Below are positions 37,831-51,029 of a stretch of 64,000 nucleotides of DNA, piece after piece. The position numbers were made by a program, and so were the translations under genes. The DNA is from Octopus vulgaris (lineage: Eukaryota), in the NCBI GenBank assembly GCA_951406725.2, contig OX597820.1, forward strand, positions 14,260,001-14,324,000, in the 5' to 3' direction. The notes under the pieces are model-generated. The model had not been told where the DNA came from. It saw only the letters and a program-made list of their open reading frames with translations, and made no database searches. Each line of letters begins with the position of its first letter. Position 1 is the first letter of the stretch.

Positions 37831-40800
37831 ATATGTGTGTGTGTGTGTATGTGTTTGTCCCTCCACCATCACTTGACAGCCGATGCTGATGTATTTATAT
37901 TCCCTTAACTTAGCAGTTCAGCAAAAGAGACTGATAGAATAAGTACTAAGCTTACAAAGAGTAAGTCCCTAGTTTGACTAAAGGCGGTGCTCCAGTATGG
38001 CTGCAGTCAAATGACTGAAACAAATAAAAGAGTAATACAGAGACAATTCTATGTTAGGAGACACCACTCACTTACACACACAGCGCTAACCTCCGCCTAC
38101 TAAATTCAATTACAAAGCTTTGGTCGGCCCAAGGCTATAGCAGAAGACACTTGGCCAAGATGCCATGCAGTGAGACTGAACCTGAAACCATGTAGAAGGG
38201 AAGCAAGATTTCTAACCGTACTACCATGCCTGTGACTACAAAGAGCGGACATAGCTGTGTGGTTACAACTATGGTCACAGCTGATGTGTGCCTACAACTG
38301 TGGACATGGCTGATGACAACTGCACTGGTTTGGTCATGTAATGCGTATGGACAAGGACAGCTGTGTGAAGAAGTGCCGATTTCTAACTGTGAAAGGAACC
38401 TGTGATGAGGAAGACATGGGACAAGGTGATAAAGCATAATCTTTGAATTTTGGGCCTCAAAGAGGCAATGACAAGTGACCAAGACCTTTGGTGATATGCC
38501 ATGCTTGAGAAGACCCCATCAAGCCAAGTGAAAATGCAGTCATGGCCGATGCCAGTGTCATGTTACTGGGACTCATGTAAAAAAACACCCTTCAAACCTT
38601 GGGAGATATGCTGTGCTTGAGAAGAACCATCAAGTCAAGTGAAATTGTAGTCATGGCTGATGCCAGTGTTGCATGTCTGGCACCCATGCCAGTGGCACAT
38701 AAAAGCACCCTTTCAGCTTTGGACTTCACGGAAGCAGTGACAAGTGACCAAGATCTTTGGAAATATACCATGCTTGAGAAAACATGTTAACCCAATTGAG
38801 ATCGTAGTCATGGCTAATGCTGGTCTTTCTTAACTGGCACCTGGAGCCAGTGGGAGACTGGCCAGGTTGCCAGCTTGCCCCATGGTAAGTGGGCCCCTGA
38901 AACATTAGAATCTATATATGGTGGCCCATGTTAGTATCTAAGGGGCCCATTCCCTCAAGTTTGAGAATTTTTTATTCACTCTTGGAAGAATGCATCAATT
39001 ATTTTAGCCTGGCTGTGTTTGTAGACAGTTGAAAAGAATATTTTTAGCGGGTGGGCCCCCTTAGTCTCCTGGCAACCACTATTTTTAGACTGCCTGGACC
39101 AGTGGCATGTAAAAATCACTCACTACATTCTTTGAGTGGTTGGCATTAGGAAGGGCATCAAGCTGTAGAAACCATGCCAAATCAGATTGGAACCAGGTGC
39201 AGCTCCCCAGCATACCAGTTTTCAGTCAAACCATCCAACCCATGCCAGCATGGAAAAACAGATGTTAAATGAAGATGATGATGATGATCGAATGGTTATG
39301 AGGACCAAGAGAGCAAAATAGGAATCAAAAGGTTCCATAGACGAAAATGGTTTAGAACCACTGATGCAAACCTTACAAAGCAGTACCCCAGCATGGCCAC
39401 AGTCCAGTGACTAAAACAAGCAGAAGGACAAAAGAACGAAGATATACATTCCTAAAATTGTGAACTACCATTAAATTAAAGTATAGGTTAGTCAGTGTCA
39501 GACTTAACATCTGATACTTTACTCTTGTGACCGAATAAGTCAGAAGGTTGGCTCTTTTGCTTGCCGTGCAGTATACAATAAACAAAAGCCAATAATTTTC
39601 TTTGAAATTTCTGGCACTACAAATTGAAATTTTGTTACTATCACAAAGAACAATACAGACGACTTAACCTCAAAGATCTTTAATAGAGACTGATATTATA
39701 TTAAAATTGTAAAAAAAAGAAAGAGCAATTATCACTGAGTTAAAAATAAAAATAAAGGAGAGAGAGAGAATATAAAAAAAAAAAAGCTATATATTTGTGA
39801 ATCAAATAAAAAAAACACAGACAGGAACAGAAGACAGCTGTAAACCTGTGTCATAAATTTTACAAACACAGTGTTTGGGAATTACTGCCAATTAATTAGT
39901 AAATATTTATGAGATATACGTTTTTTTTTTTCCGTTTTTTTTTTTCCATTTTTGGGGGGTGGAGTGTTGGGGAAGAATTTATAATTATATAATTAGTATT
40001 TATTTAAACCCCATGAGAAATTATCTTCAATAATTCAGTTTTTCTCAAAGATTTCAAGTTGTTGACTGGAAATTAACCAAAGGCAATTCCGCTATCGTGT
40101 CATTGTTCTTTCGTAACAACAATATTGTTGATCTTTCCCTTGGTACTGTTATTTTTTGCCTCTTTTTGTATTTTCTGTTGATGTTACCTTTTTTATGTTT
40201 TTATTTGTTCCATTCATTTATTGGACTGTGGCCATGGTGGTGATGATGATGATTTCTACTATTGGCACAAGGCCTGAAATTTTGGCGGAAGGGGGCTAGT
40301 CGATTACATCAACCCCAATGGTCAACTGGTATTTATTTCATCAACCCCAAAAGGATGAAAGGCAAAGTTGACCTCAGCAGAATTTGAACTCAGAACATAA
40401 AGACAGATGAAATGCCACTAAGCTTTTCGCCCAGCGTGCTAACAATTCTGCCAGCCTACTGCCTCAATAATAATAATATTGATAATAATAATGATAATAA
40501 TAATGATGATGATGACGATGATGATGATTCTGAACCACCCACTCTTTGTTCTGACTGAAGACCAAATAAAGCGTAGACATTTTAATTTAGTAATTTGTCA
40601 TAAAAAACATAACACTATTTATACATTCTTTTGAATCTAGGTGTAACCTTTAGAAACAGTAAAATGAGAAACATTAAAAAGAAAATGATGATAAATTCTA
40701 ACAGTTACATCAAGGTTCTATATTTTGGTCGGAGTTTAAAAAATAGGACTATTGAACAACTTAAGATCATCCTCTACTTCCTTATCACTACCACCACCAT

Positions 40801-42010
40801 ATCCTCCTCCACCTTGTCATATCCTCCTCCACATCATCATCATAATAGTTATCATCTGTTCTAACGCCTACCTTTCAGTGTTGGCCTGGTTGTTGGGCAA
40901 GCCTACAGTCGACCTGTTGCCATTTTTGTCAAATCTGAATCACCAAATAATTTTTGTCTGGAATGACTTAGCCTCCTGAGACCACCCTTCACCTAAACCC
41001 TTTTCCTGTGTTCCCCTTATCCTAGTCTTTCTCCATCGCCAGTATCTTATACTACCAATGCAGTGGTCCCCAACCAACTTTTCCTTATGGACCCCTCTCA
41101 TTCCTATTTTACCTGGATGGGTCTTCATAACCATTCAATGTTTAAGAAAATCCTATTTTATTTTCATAATTAAATATTATTAGGAATTGTATTTAAAAAA
41201 TGGTAAAACCTTTTAAATATTGTAGACATAGGAGTGGTTGTGTGGTAAGAAGCTTGCTTCCCAACCACATGGTTCTGGGTTCAGTCCCACTGCGTGGCAC
41301 CTTGGGCAAGTGTCTTCTACTATAGCCTCAAGCCAACCAAAGTCCTGTGAGTGGATTTGGTAGACTGAAACTGAAAGAAGCCCGTTGTATATATGTGTAT
41401 ATATATATATGTATGCGCGTCTGTGTTTGTCTCCCCAGCATCACTTGACAACCGATGATGGTGTGTTTACATCCCCGTAACTTAGTGGTTCAGCAAAAGA
41501 GTCCTGGGGTCGATTTGCTCGACTAAAGGCTGTGCTCCAGCATGGCCACAGTCACATGACTGAAACAAGTAAAAGAGTAAAGAGTATATATATATATATA
41601 TATACATACACACATGCATACGTATATATTTGTTTATGAGTTTGTGTGTGTGTGTGTGCATATGCTTGTGTCTCCTTGTCTTCACATCACATGACAGTTG
41701 TAAACACTTGTCCCTGCCATGCAAGATGTGTCTTTCCTTTCCAATCTTCTGCCAAACATGTCTGGCCATGGAGAGGTATTCCCTTCTTTGGAAACAAGTG
41801 AGGGTTGGCAACAGGAAGGGCATCAAACGGTAGAAAATCTGCATCAATAAATTCCATCTGACCCATGGAAGAATGGAAGAACGGAAATTCAAACAATGAT
41901 GATTGTGATGATAATGGCAATAACAATGATGACAATCTCTGTCAGTCAGTACCATGGACAAATTTGAACCTTGCACCTGTAAGTTAGTAAAACACTTCTT
42001 TATCTAATAA

Positions 42011-42097
42011 GGGTGGAGTGCTGTTGTTCAACTGAACCGAATCTATAAGTTCAATGGCCGTACAGAGGTGTTTAATGAGGCATCGAAAAAATTCCAG
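42011..42097 (+). CDS. Candidate host exon (xWSAVVQLNRIYKFNGRTEVFNEASKKFQ)
   Basis: Weak acceptor ctttatctaataag, good donor CAG|gtaata, open frame, non-repetitive sequence. Confidence 0.28.
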
Positions 42098-42451
42098 GTA
42101 ATAAAGGAAGTGATTGTCTTACAACTATCTCTAATGATCTTTGTCGACCTATTGGAAGTGAGAGTAAAAAAGTCAGTTAATACCTGTGCAGCTTTCACAC
42201 AGGTAAATGACACCTTCTTGTTGTATTTGATTACACCCAGGTGGGCTGTGTTTGCATGAATTAAGTGTTTCCACCTACCCCACCAGACCACCACCCCATG
42301 ACAGAGTAGTTTAATGCTGGTTTTATGTAAATATAAATGTATATTCTGAGTTTTGGGAGGGCCAGTTGATACTTAAATATAGTTCTTTTGTGGATGAGAG
42401 ATATATCCCTTTCCTGGATAGGACATTAGTCTATATGGTGCATATATATAT

Positions 42452-42840
42452 CAGGGACATGCCGCCAAGGTAGGCAGTACCTACCTTGAATAAAGTAGAT
42501 TGGTAGCAACATTTTCCTTTTATGACAAAATATGCATCTAATTCAATAAAATTATGAAGGTTACTCTGATTACTATGCATAAAATGCAAAATATTTTATT
42601 TTTTGTAGATTAGGAAGGCATAATTTGCCCCTGCTTTTCAATATCAGTGGTTAAGCTACACATAGAACTGCTGTGGTACACATGCTGTGTATACTCCTAC
42701 AACACCGTTTTCTTTACGTGCTAGAAAGGCAGAAATAAATCTGCTTTCAATTCAGTCACACGCCTATGTTTCGCTTATTTTTTTGCGTGTTTTACTACAC
42801 AAATGTCACCAACTGTTTACCCTGAGTAATTACTGATGGA
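42452..42840. mobile_element. Second copy of the 1641-2012 MITE
   Basis: Colinear similarity, e.g. aattcaataaaattatgaagg, aaatgtcaccaactgt. Confidence 0.7.
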
Positions 42841-42847
42841 ATATATC

Positions 42848-43380
42848 CATCATCATCATCGTTTAACGTCCACTTTCCATGCTAGCATGGGTTGGATGAT
42901 TGACTGAGGGCTGGCGAACCAAATGGCTGCACCAGGCCTCAATCTTGATCTGGCAGAGTTTCTATTGCTGGATGCCCTTCCTAACGCCAACAACTCCGAG
43001 AGTGTAGTGGGTGCTTTTATGTGCCACCGGCATGGGGCTAGTCAAGTGGTACTGGCAACGACCTCGCTCGAATCCTTTACACATACCACCAGCACAGGTG
43101 TCAGTAAGGCGATGCTGGTAACGATCACGCTCGAATGGTGCCTTTTATGTACCACCGGCATGGAGGCTAGATAGCTACTCTGGCAATGATCACGCTTGGA
43201 TGGTGCTCTTAATACCCTACTAGCACGGGGCTCAAGTGCCAGTAAGGCAACGCTGGTAATGATCACGCTTGAATGTGCCTTTTAAGTGCCACTGTCACGG
43301 AAGCGGTTAGCCGCTCTGTCGGTGATCACGCTCGTATGGTGCTCTTTGCACCCTGCAAGCACGGACGCCAGTCATTGAAT
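42848..43380 (-). mobile_element. Family D repeat
   Basis: Same sequence family as 5758-6120. Confidence 0.75.
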
Positions 43381-43385
43381 TTGAT

Positions 43386-43474
<89 letters not shown>

Positions 43475-43481
<7 letters not shown>

Positions 43482-43950
43482 TAAATTAGAGATAAAACCA
43501 CTATAAGGCAAATCATACAATGAAAAACTTAAAATACATAAGATTATTTAATTTATATTATTTAAATATATAACAAAATTATTAAAAAATATAATTAAAT
43601 AACACTACGATCGTTTCATGGCTGTTAATTTCTTTAAATTTAATCAATTGATTAAACCTCGCCAAGTTAAATATAAACCACCTGATGAATGACTGTAATC
43701 GAAAATTTAAAGAAATTAACAGCCATGAAACGATCGTAGTGTTATATTAATTATATTTTTTTAATAATTTTGTTATATATTTAAATGATATAAATGAAAT
43801 AATCTTATGTATTGGCTTAAGTTTTTCATTGTATGATTTGCCTAATAGTGGTTTTATCTCTAATTTAATATAATATAATATTTTACTATAAAATTGGATT
43901 CAATCCTAAATCTGATTTTTCCCTGTAAGTTTGGATTTATTCCCTAATAA

Positions 43951-43955
<5 letters not shown>
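43475..43955 (+). mobile_element. AT-rich fold-back element carrying an HHR, embedded in (TA)n
   Basis: 43475-43641 is the inverted copy of ~43703-43872; a related 3' end lies inverted at ~44468-44578. Confidence 0.78.
43679..43741 (+). ncRNA. Type I hammerhead ribozyme with palindromic stem III
   Basis: CAC CTGATGA ATGaCTGT...ACAGcCAT GAAA CGATCG TA GTG. Confidence 0.78.
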
Positions 43956-43993
<38 letters not shown>

Positions 43994-44049
43994 ATATAAA
44001 AACATAAATCTGAAAGAAGCACACTCTAAGATATAGAGCTGAATATGTT

Positions 44050-44432
44050 AAAAATTGACAAGGCCAGTTTATGGGATAACCTTAGATTTCCCATCCATAA
44101 AGGGTTTAGCTTTATGTTGTATCATCAGATTTCAAAACCTGTTGACCAAGACCTCTTAAAAATATGGAGGAGGAAATACCAGGTGGGCTGTGTCTGCATG
44201 AATTAAGTGTCTTCACCTATCCCACCAAACCACCACCCCACGACAGAGTAATTTAATGCTGGTTGTATGTAAATACAAATGTGTATTCTAAGTTCTGGGA
44301 GAGCCAGTTTTCTTCTTCCATATTCTTAAGAGGTCCTGGGCCAACAGGTTTTGGGATCTGACAAAAGGCCATAAAACTAAACCCTTTATGGACAGGAAAC
44401 CTAAGCTAATTCTATAAACTGGCCTTCCCCAA

Positions 44433-44436
<4 letters not shown>
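44050..44436. mobile_element. Diverged fold-back element with a degenerate HHR in each arm (44073-44133 minus; 44353-44413 plus)
   Basis: Arms 44050-44176 and 44308-44436; two-arm consensus GGGAT CTGATGA..CCATAAA..TTTATGG..GAAA CCTAAGG TA ATCCC; spacer also occurs at 42237-42366. Confidence 0.62.
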
Positions 44437-44469
<33 letters not shown>

Positions 44470-44735
44470 AATATTAGGGAATAAATCCAAATTTACAGGG
44501 AAAAAATCAGATTTAGGATTAAATCCAATTTTATAGTAAAATATTATATAATATTAATTAGAGACAAAACCACTATTTTGCAAAACAAACAAGGAAAGAC
44601 TTAATCAATACATAAAATTTTAATAAAAAGTAAAAAATAATATATTGTGAGAATTTACGAAAAAAGCAAAAGATGAAGATGGGTGTGTAAACAACAAACA
44701 GATGTATTTGTTTAACACTCGGGAAGTGAGGAAGT

Positions 44736-44771
44736 CTTTTACATTTCGAGCCTACACTCTTCAACAGAAAG
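44736..44771 (-). ncRNA. Possible minimal hammerhead variant (CUGUUGA core)
   Basis: Minus strand reads CTTT CTGTTGA aGAGtgtaggCTC GAAA tg TA AAAG; core differs from consensus. Confidence 0.4.
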
Positions 44772-44984
44772 GAACACAGAAATAAACAGGGTGAGAAAAT
44801 AGAAAAAGGTTTAGTGGCTAGCGATCTATCATGGCAAATATATATATATATATATCGTCATCTTTTGTAGTGTGCAAGAGAGACGACTGCACTGGTATGG
44901 TCATGTGGCAAGAATGGATGAGGATAGCTGTGTGAAAAAGTGCCACACCCTAGCAGTTGAGGGAACTTGTGGAAGAGAGAATGT

Positions 44985-45272
44985 TGGTTTTTATGTGTGT
45001 GGTTTGTAGGTGGAGATGTTTGAGTTGTGCAGGCCTGGTGAGCCATCAAAATTCTCACAGAAATCGACCCATGGTAAACAATGATGTGGTTTTTAAAATT
45101 CATAACAGAACGTGTGTAAAATGTGGAAGGGTGTGCTTCTCAGTTGGAGGTCTAAAAAGACATGTTTAGAGAGTGTATATGGTTTCTCCTGCCAGCCAGT
45201 ACAGTTGTCTTGTATGTAATAAAATATGTAAAAGCTTGGCCAGGCTTAAAAGTCATTTAAGGGCATCACATG
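44985..45272 (+). pseudogene. Three degenerate C2H2 zinc fingers, probably the C-terminus of an RTE-type LINE ORF
   Basis: CVVC..CLS.AGLVSHQNSH; CVKC..VCFS.GGLKRHV; CLVCNKICKSLARLKSHLRASH; stop and frameshift between them. Confidence 0.6.
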
Positions 45273-45727
45273 ACAACGATCATGAATTATTTCCGTAAGT
45301 CTTCTTGGCAGTGGCTTTTCTCGTGTAATGAGGATGCAGCTGTGATATATATGTGTATGTTTGTGTGTGTATGTATATGTATATATATGTGTATATATGT
45401 ATATATATATATATGTGTGTATATATATTTGTATATATATATATATATGTGTGTGTATATTTGTATATGCATATATGTGTATATATATTTATATATACAT
45501 ATATATGTGTGTGTCATCATCATCATCATCATCATTTAACGTCCGTTCTCCATGCTAGCATGGGTTGGACGGTTCGACCGGGGATCTGGGAAGCTGGAAG
45601 GCTGCACCAGGCTCCGGTCTTATCTGGCAATGTTTCTACAGCTGGATGCCCTTCCTAACGCCAACCACTCCGTGAGTGTAGTGGGTGCTTTTTACGTGCC
45701 ACCTGTGTGTATATATATATATTTATA

Positions 45728-46747
45728 CGACCTTCGAACTTTAGGTCTCACCAAGGAAATGACCAGTGACCGAGACCTTTGGAGGTATGCTGTGCGTGAG
45801 AAAACCCGGCAAGACCAGTGAGAAGAGTCAAAATCAAGATCAAACCAAATTGAGGTCGATCAACATTAGGGCCCCCGTGCAGGTGACACGTAAAAGTACC
45901 ATCCGTTCGTAGCCGTTCGCCAGCCCTGTCTGGCCCCCGTGTAGGTGGCACGTAAAAGCACCATCCGTTCATGTTCGTTGCCAGCCTGGCCTGGCCCCCG
46001 TGCCGGTGACACGTAAAAGCACCATCCGTTTGTGGTCGTTTGCCAGCTCTGTCTGGCCCCCGTGCCGGTGACACGTAAAAGCACCATCCGTTCGTGGCCG
46101 TTTGCCAGCTCTGTCTGGCCCCCGTGCCAGTGACACGTAAAAGCACCATCCGTTCGTGGCCGTTTGCCAGCCCTGTCTGGCCCCCATGTCGGTGACATGT
46201 AAAAGCACCATCCGTTCGTGTCCGTTGCCAGCCTCGCCTGGCCCCCGTGCCGGTGACACGTAAAAGCACCATCCGTTCGTGGCCGTTTGCCAGCCCTGTC
46301 TGGCCCCCGTGTCGGTGGCATGTAAAAGCACCATCCGTTCGTGCCCGTTGCCAGCCTCGCATGGCCTCCGTGCCGGTGACACGTAAAAGCACCATCCGTT
46401 TCGTGGCCGTTTGCCAGCTCTGTCTGGCCCCCGTGTTGGTGGCATGTAAAAGCACCATCCGTTCGTGTCCTTTGCCAGCCTCGCCTGGCCCTGTGCCGGT
46501 GACACGTAAAAGCACCATCCGTTCGTGGCCGTTTGCCAGCTCTGTCTGGCACCTGTGCAGGTGGCACGTAAAAAGCACCCACTACACTCACGGAGTGGTT
46601 GGCGTTAGGAAGGGCATCCAGCCGTAGAAACACTGCCAGATCTGACTGGGCCTGATGAAGCCTTCCAGCTTCACAGACCCCAGTTGAACCGTCCAACCCA
46701 TGCTAGCATGGAGAACGGATGCTAAATGATGATGATGATGATGATGA
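45728..46747 (+). mobile_element. RTE 3' end / family D with ~12 tandem ~60-bp units (45870-46575)
   Basis: DLRTLGLTKEMTSDRDLWRYAVREKTR*, then unit CCCCGTGCCGGTGACACGTAAAAGCACCATCCGTTCGTGGCCGTTTGCCAGC..., then (GAT)n tail. Confidence 0.85.
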
Positions 46748-47406
46748 TATACTTTATAATTAGGGTTCAGCAAAGATTTGCTTTACCACATACCGAAGTT
46801 TAGAAATAGCAGCCAAAGAACCTTAGCTATTTCCTCTACTTTAAAAAGGGACTCCCGGAAAAAACAAAATACTCGAAAACAATCCACGCAGGCAGAGAGG
46901 AAAAATAGCGAAAATCAATCGATATTTAATTACCCATGTACACGTTTTGGAATTAGATTGGTATAAAGAATGTAGAATTATACCTTACACAACCATTTTC
47001 TTCATCAGCATGGGACTTCAACAATATTAAATATTAAGAATTTTAAATTCGAAGGCACTGGAAGAATTGAACATATCTCTCCAACTAACAGTATCAGACA
47101 TATCATATTCAGTGTTAGTACCGCCGAATTCAAAATACGAATGAGGTTCATCACCTCCCCCTGCCCATCTGCGTGTGTCGTCAAGTGAAATACTACAGGA
47201 AAAAATCTGTAGTTTATTATCAGGGAGAAAATTATATTATCAATAATAACAAAGGGTAAAATTAATTAATTAAGCAGTAATCAATAATTTCACCAAGTAG
47301 AATTTGGCATGAAAAAAGGACCATTTCACGGTAAACTTAACTAATACTTTATAATTAGGGTTCAGCAAAGATTTGCTTTACCACATACCGAAGTTTAGAA
47401 ATAGCA
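46748..47406 (-). mobile_element. Non-coding HHR-bearing element with ~63-bp terminal direct repeat (period ~597)
   Basis: atactttataattaggg...gtttagaaatagca at ~46748 and ~47345. Confidence 0.75.
46933..47014 (-). ncRNA. Type I hammerhead ribozyme with core mutation (GAAA>AAAA)
   Basis: Minus strand reads CCCATG CTGATGA a.....ttcc AAAA CGTG TA CATGGG; changes fit CpG decay of cGAAAcgcg. Confidence 0.65.
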
Positions 47407-47572
47407 TACATACATACTGTAACAAAATGGCTTTTCCGTTTTCATTTCTGTTGAGTTTTACGTCTTTTTGTGGTGTCCTGTACGTATATATATTTATATA
47501 TGCATGTATATATACATGTAGATGTCAGTACGTACATATATGTTTGTATGTATGCATATATTTTATTTATTA

Positions 47573-47606
<34 letters not shown>

Positions 47607-48059
47607 ATGTATGTATGTATGTATATATATGTATGTATGTATGTATATGTATGTATGTATGTATGTATGTATATATATGTATGTATGTATGTATATATAT
47701 GTATGTATGTATATATATGTATGTATGTATGTATATATATATGTATGTATGTATATATATATGTATATATGTATGTATGTATGTATATATATGTATGTAT
47801 GTGTATATATATGTATGTATGTATATATATATGTGTGTATGTATATATATGTGTGTATGTATATATATATGTGTGTATGTATGTATGTATGTATGTATGT
47901 ATATATGTATGTATGTATGTATATATATATGTGTGTATGTATGTATGTATATATATATGTGTGTGTGTGTATATATATATATATGTGTGTGTATATATCT
48001 ATCTATATATATATTTATTTATATATACAATTATATAATTTTGTAAGTGTAATGATAAA

Positions 48060-48290
48060 ATTATAATAAGGGCAACTACCAAGTAACGCCATATGCTTGA
48101 AGACACCAAAAGGCTCTAAAACTGCTTCATTTATCATATAGACACGAGCTGAAAGTGAAGGAATGAATAAAAAAGATTTTTTTGAAAAAAATTAAGTAGT
48201 TTTTTGAAATAGATAAAGTAGTTTTAGAGTCTTTTAACGTCTTCTTCTAGCATGTAGCATTACTTGGTAGTGGTCCTTATAATTTTTTAA
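48060..48290. repeat. Diverged inverted repeat (fold-back relic)
   Basis: ataagggcaactaccaagtaacgcc...aaaaggctctaaaact versus agttttagagtctttt...attacttggtagtggtccttat. Confidence 0.6.
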
Positions 48291-49956
48291 TTATATTTAT
48301 AAAATTAAATACTTTGTAATTTTACATGCTGGCTAATTGATAAAGTCCTGTATAGATTTTATCCTTGATTTTTATCAGAGGAGTGACTGTGAGAGGTGCA
48401 GGAGTGGCTGTGTGGTAAGAAGCTTGCTTCCCAACCACATGGTTCCGGGCTCAGTCTCGTTGTGTGGCACCTTGGGCAAGTGTCTTCTACCATAGCCTCA
48501 GGCCAGCGAAAGCCTTGTGAGCAGATTTGGTAGATGGAAACTGAAAGAAGCCCGTCATGTGCGTGGGTGTGTTTGTCCCCCCAACATCATGCAACAACCA
48601 AAACTTAGCGGTTCGGCAAAAGAGACCAATAAAATAAGTACTAGGCTTACTACGAATAAGTCCTGGGGTTGATTCAATCAATCAATCAATCAATTTTTAT
48701 TGGCTCAAAAAGCAAAAGCAAGGCCATGTAGGGGGACAGGGAGTTATGTACAGGGAGGATGGTCATAAAAAGAGTTCAGGCCATTTCCGGTCAAGAGACT
48801 TTGAACCGAGTGGTCGTCGGTTTGACTAAAGGCGGTGCTCCAGCATGGCCACACTCAAAATGATTGAAGCAAGTAAAAAAGAATGTCATTATCTGGATGG
48901 CATCCCTATTTACATCTGCCATGTAAGTATGTCTTTCCATTGTGCATTCCATCAAATGGTAGATCGGAGAAATAAATATGTAACTTTGAAACAAGAGTTG
49001 GCAACAGGAAGAGCACCCAGTTGCAGAATAAAGACATCAACAATTCCTGCCCAACCCATGCAAGCAAGGAAAATAGCAAAAGTAAAACTGTTTAGCTTTC
49101 AGGTTATTCTGTCAAATGTAATGTTAGTTAACTCATAGTGTTTCAAATTAAACATACATTATCATGTCGCTTCAAGATTTCGATGATGTGGGTGTTTATT
49201 TTTTAAGAACGGCATTATAGGTTCAGTGTGAGAGGCAGGATCTGGCTAATTTGTACATGAAACAAGTAGAATATTTTGGTCGGATATGGTCAGTTTAAAT
49301 GCTAAACGGTTAAAAATGATGACAATATAAATGAAGACAGCAAGGCAGAAAGCTGGCAGAATCGTTAGCATGCCGGGCAAAATACTTAGCGATATTTCAC
49401 CTGTCTTTATATTCTGAGTTCAAATTCCACCAAGGCTGACTTTGCCTTTCATCCTTTCGGGGTCGATAAATTAAGTACCAGTTACGCACTGGGGTCGATG
49501 TAATTGACTTAATCTTTTTGTCTGTCCTTGTTTGTCCCCTCTATGTTTAGCCCCTTGTGGGCAATAAAGAAATAAGAAACGTTAGCATGCCAGGCAAAAT
49601 ACTTAGCGATATTTCGGCTGTCTTTACATTCTGAGTTCAAATTCCGCCGAGGTTGACTTTGCCTTTCATCCTTTTGGGGTCAATAAAATAAGTACCAGTT
49701 GCATACTGGGGTCCATCTAATCGACTGGTCCCCTTCCAAAAAACTCCGTGCCTGTGCCTAGAATAGAAACGTTTATAAATGAAGACAGCTACCAGCATTG
49801 ATGCATGAACCAGTAACCTTTCTCACTAACACATTAGTTTATTTTCAGTCCACACAACTGCAATAGTTGCCATGGCAAATTACTGTCGCAATCAAATATG
49901 CTTAATCTTCTAATTATTTTAATATTTCTAGCTTTTTGTCTTTGTCCTTTCCTTGA

Positions 49957-50022
49957 GAGACAACACTACTCTGAAAACCTGAATTGGCTCACCCCGGATT
50001 TTAAAGATGAAATAGCCACAGG
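49957..50022 (+). CDS. Candidate host exon (RQHYSENLNWLTPDFKDEIATG)
   Basis: Strong pyrimidine tract 49932-49954, donor GG|gtatgt; alternative acceptor at 49931/49932. Confidence 0.25.
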
Positions 50023-50732
50023 GTATGTTGATAGTATTTTATGTCAATTGTTAAAGGTTAATAAAAGTCAAATTATATGGGTGTGAGCTTAGTTACCGCA
50101 AAATACTAGGAAAAGAAAGATAGTCGTTCACTGTGTAATATTTTGTGTAATTCTTTGGCGACAGTCAAATTGTAGACAGTGGTTGATTGTGGGAGACTGA
50201 AGTGAGAATCAATTGAATATTATTCTTTTACTTGTTTCAGTCATTTGACTGTGGCCATGCAGGAGCACCACCTTTAATTGAGCAAATTGGACTTATCCTT
50301 TGTATGCCTAGTACTTATTCTATCAGTCTCTTTTGTCAAATCGCTAAGTTATGGGGAATGTAAACACACCAGCATCGGTTGTCAAGCGATGTGGGGATAA
50401 ACACAGACACACAAGCATGCACACACACACACACACAGTACAATATACGATGGGCTTCTTTCAGTTTCTGTCTACCAAATCCACTCACAACGCTTTCTTT
50501 GGCCAGAGGCTATAGTAGAAGACACTTGCTCAAGGTGCCATGCAGTTGGACTGAACCCGAAACTATGTGGTTGGCAAGCAAGCTAAGCTACTTACCACAC
50601 ACCCACTAGGGAAAATTAAACATTATCTCGTGAATTAAATTCTGTATGTTTTTTAAACAGCAATATTATTATCTTTATATGAGACAACATGACACGTAAA
50701 AAGCAGTGGTGCTGGTGTTATGTTAGATGATG

Positions 50733-51029
50733 ATGATGATGAGTGGAGAAATGAAAGAAAGAGGCACTCAATACATTTAGGAGTTAGATATATTATTGTT
50801 TGAAACAATTTGGTTTTGCCCCATGCCACTTAAAGTTTCATTGGCTCCTTACAGAAACCTAGCTCACCAGGCTCAGATGGTCAAATGAGCCCCACAACCT
50901 AAATTTCTGTATGGAGCCTATGGAACTTTAAAATGCAAGGAGCCAAACCAAATTGTTTCAAACAATATCATATGTAACTCCTAAATGCATTGAGTGCCTT
51001 TTTCTTTCATTTCTCCACTCATCATCATC
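50733..51029. repeat. Inverted repeat with ~135-bp arms within (GAT)/(CAT) repeats
   Basis: gatgatgagtggagaaatgaaagaaa.aggcactcaat versus attgagtgcct.tttctttcatttctccactcatcatc. Confidence 0.8.

Noticed and set aside
42011-42097. Phospholipase B-like assignment from W-x7-RIYK spacing
   Set aside because: Surrounding residues do not fit; too little signal to name a gene.
45870-46575. CRISPR-like regular array
   Set aside because: No unique spacers, no cas genes, eukaryotic context; it is a tandem repeat in a LINE 3' UTR.
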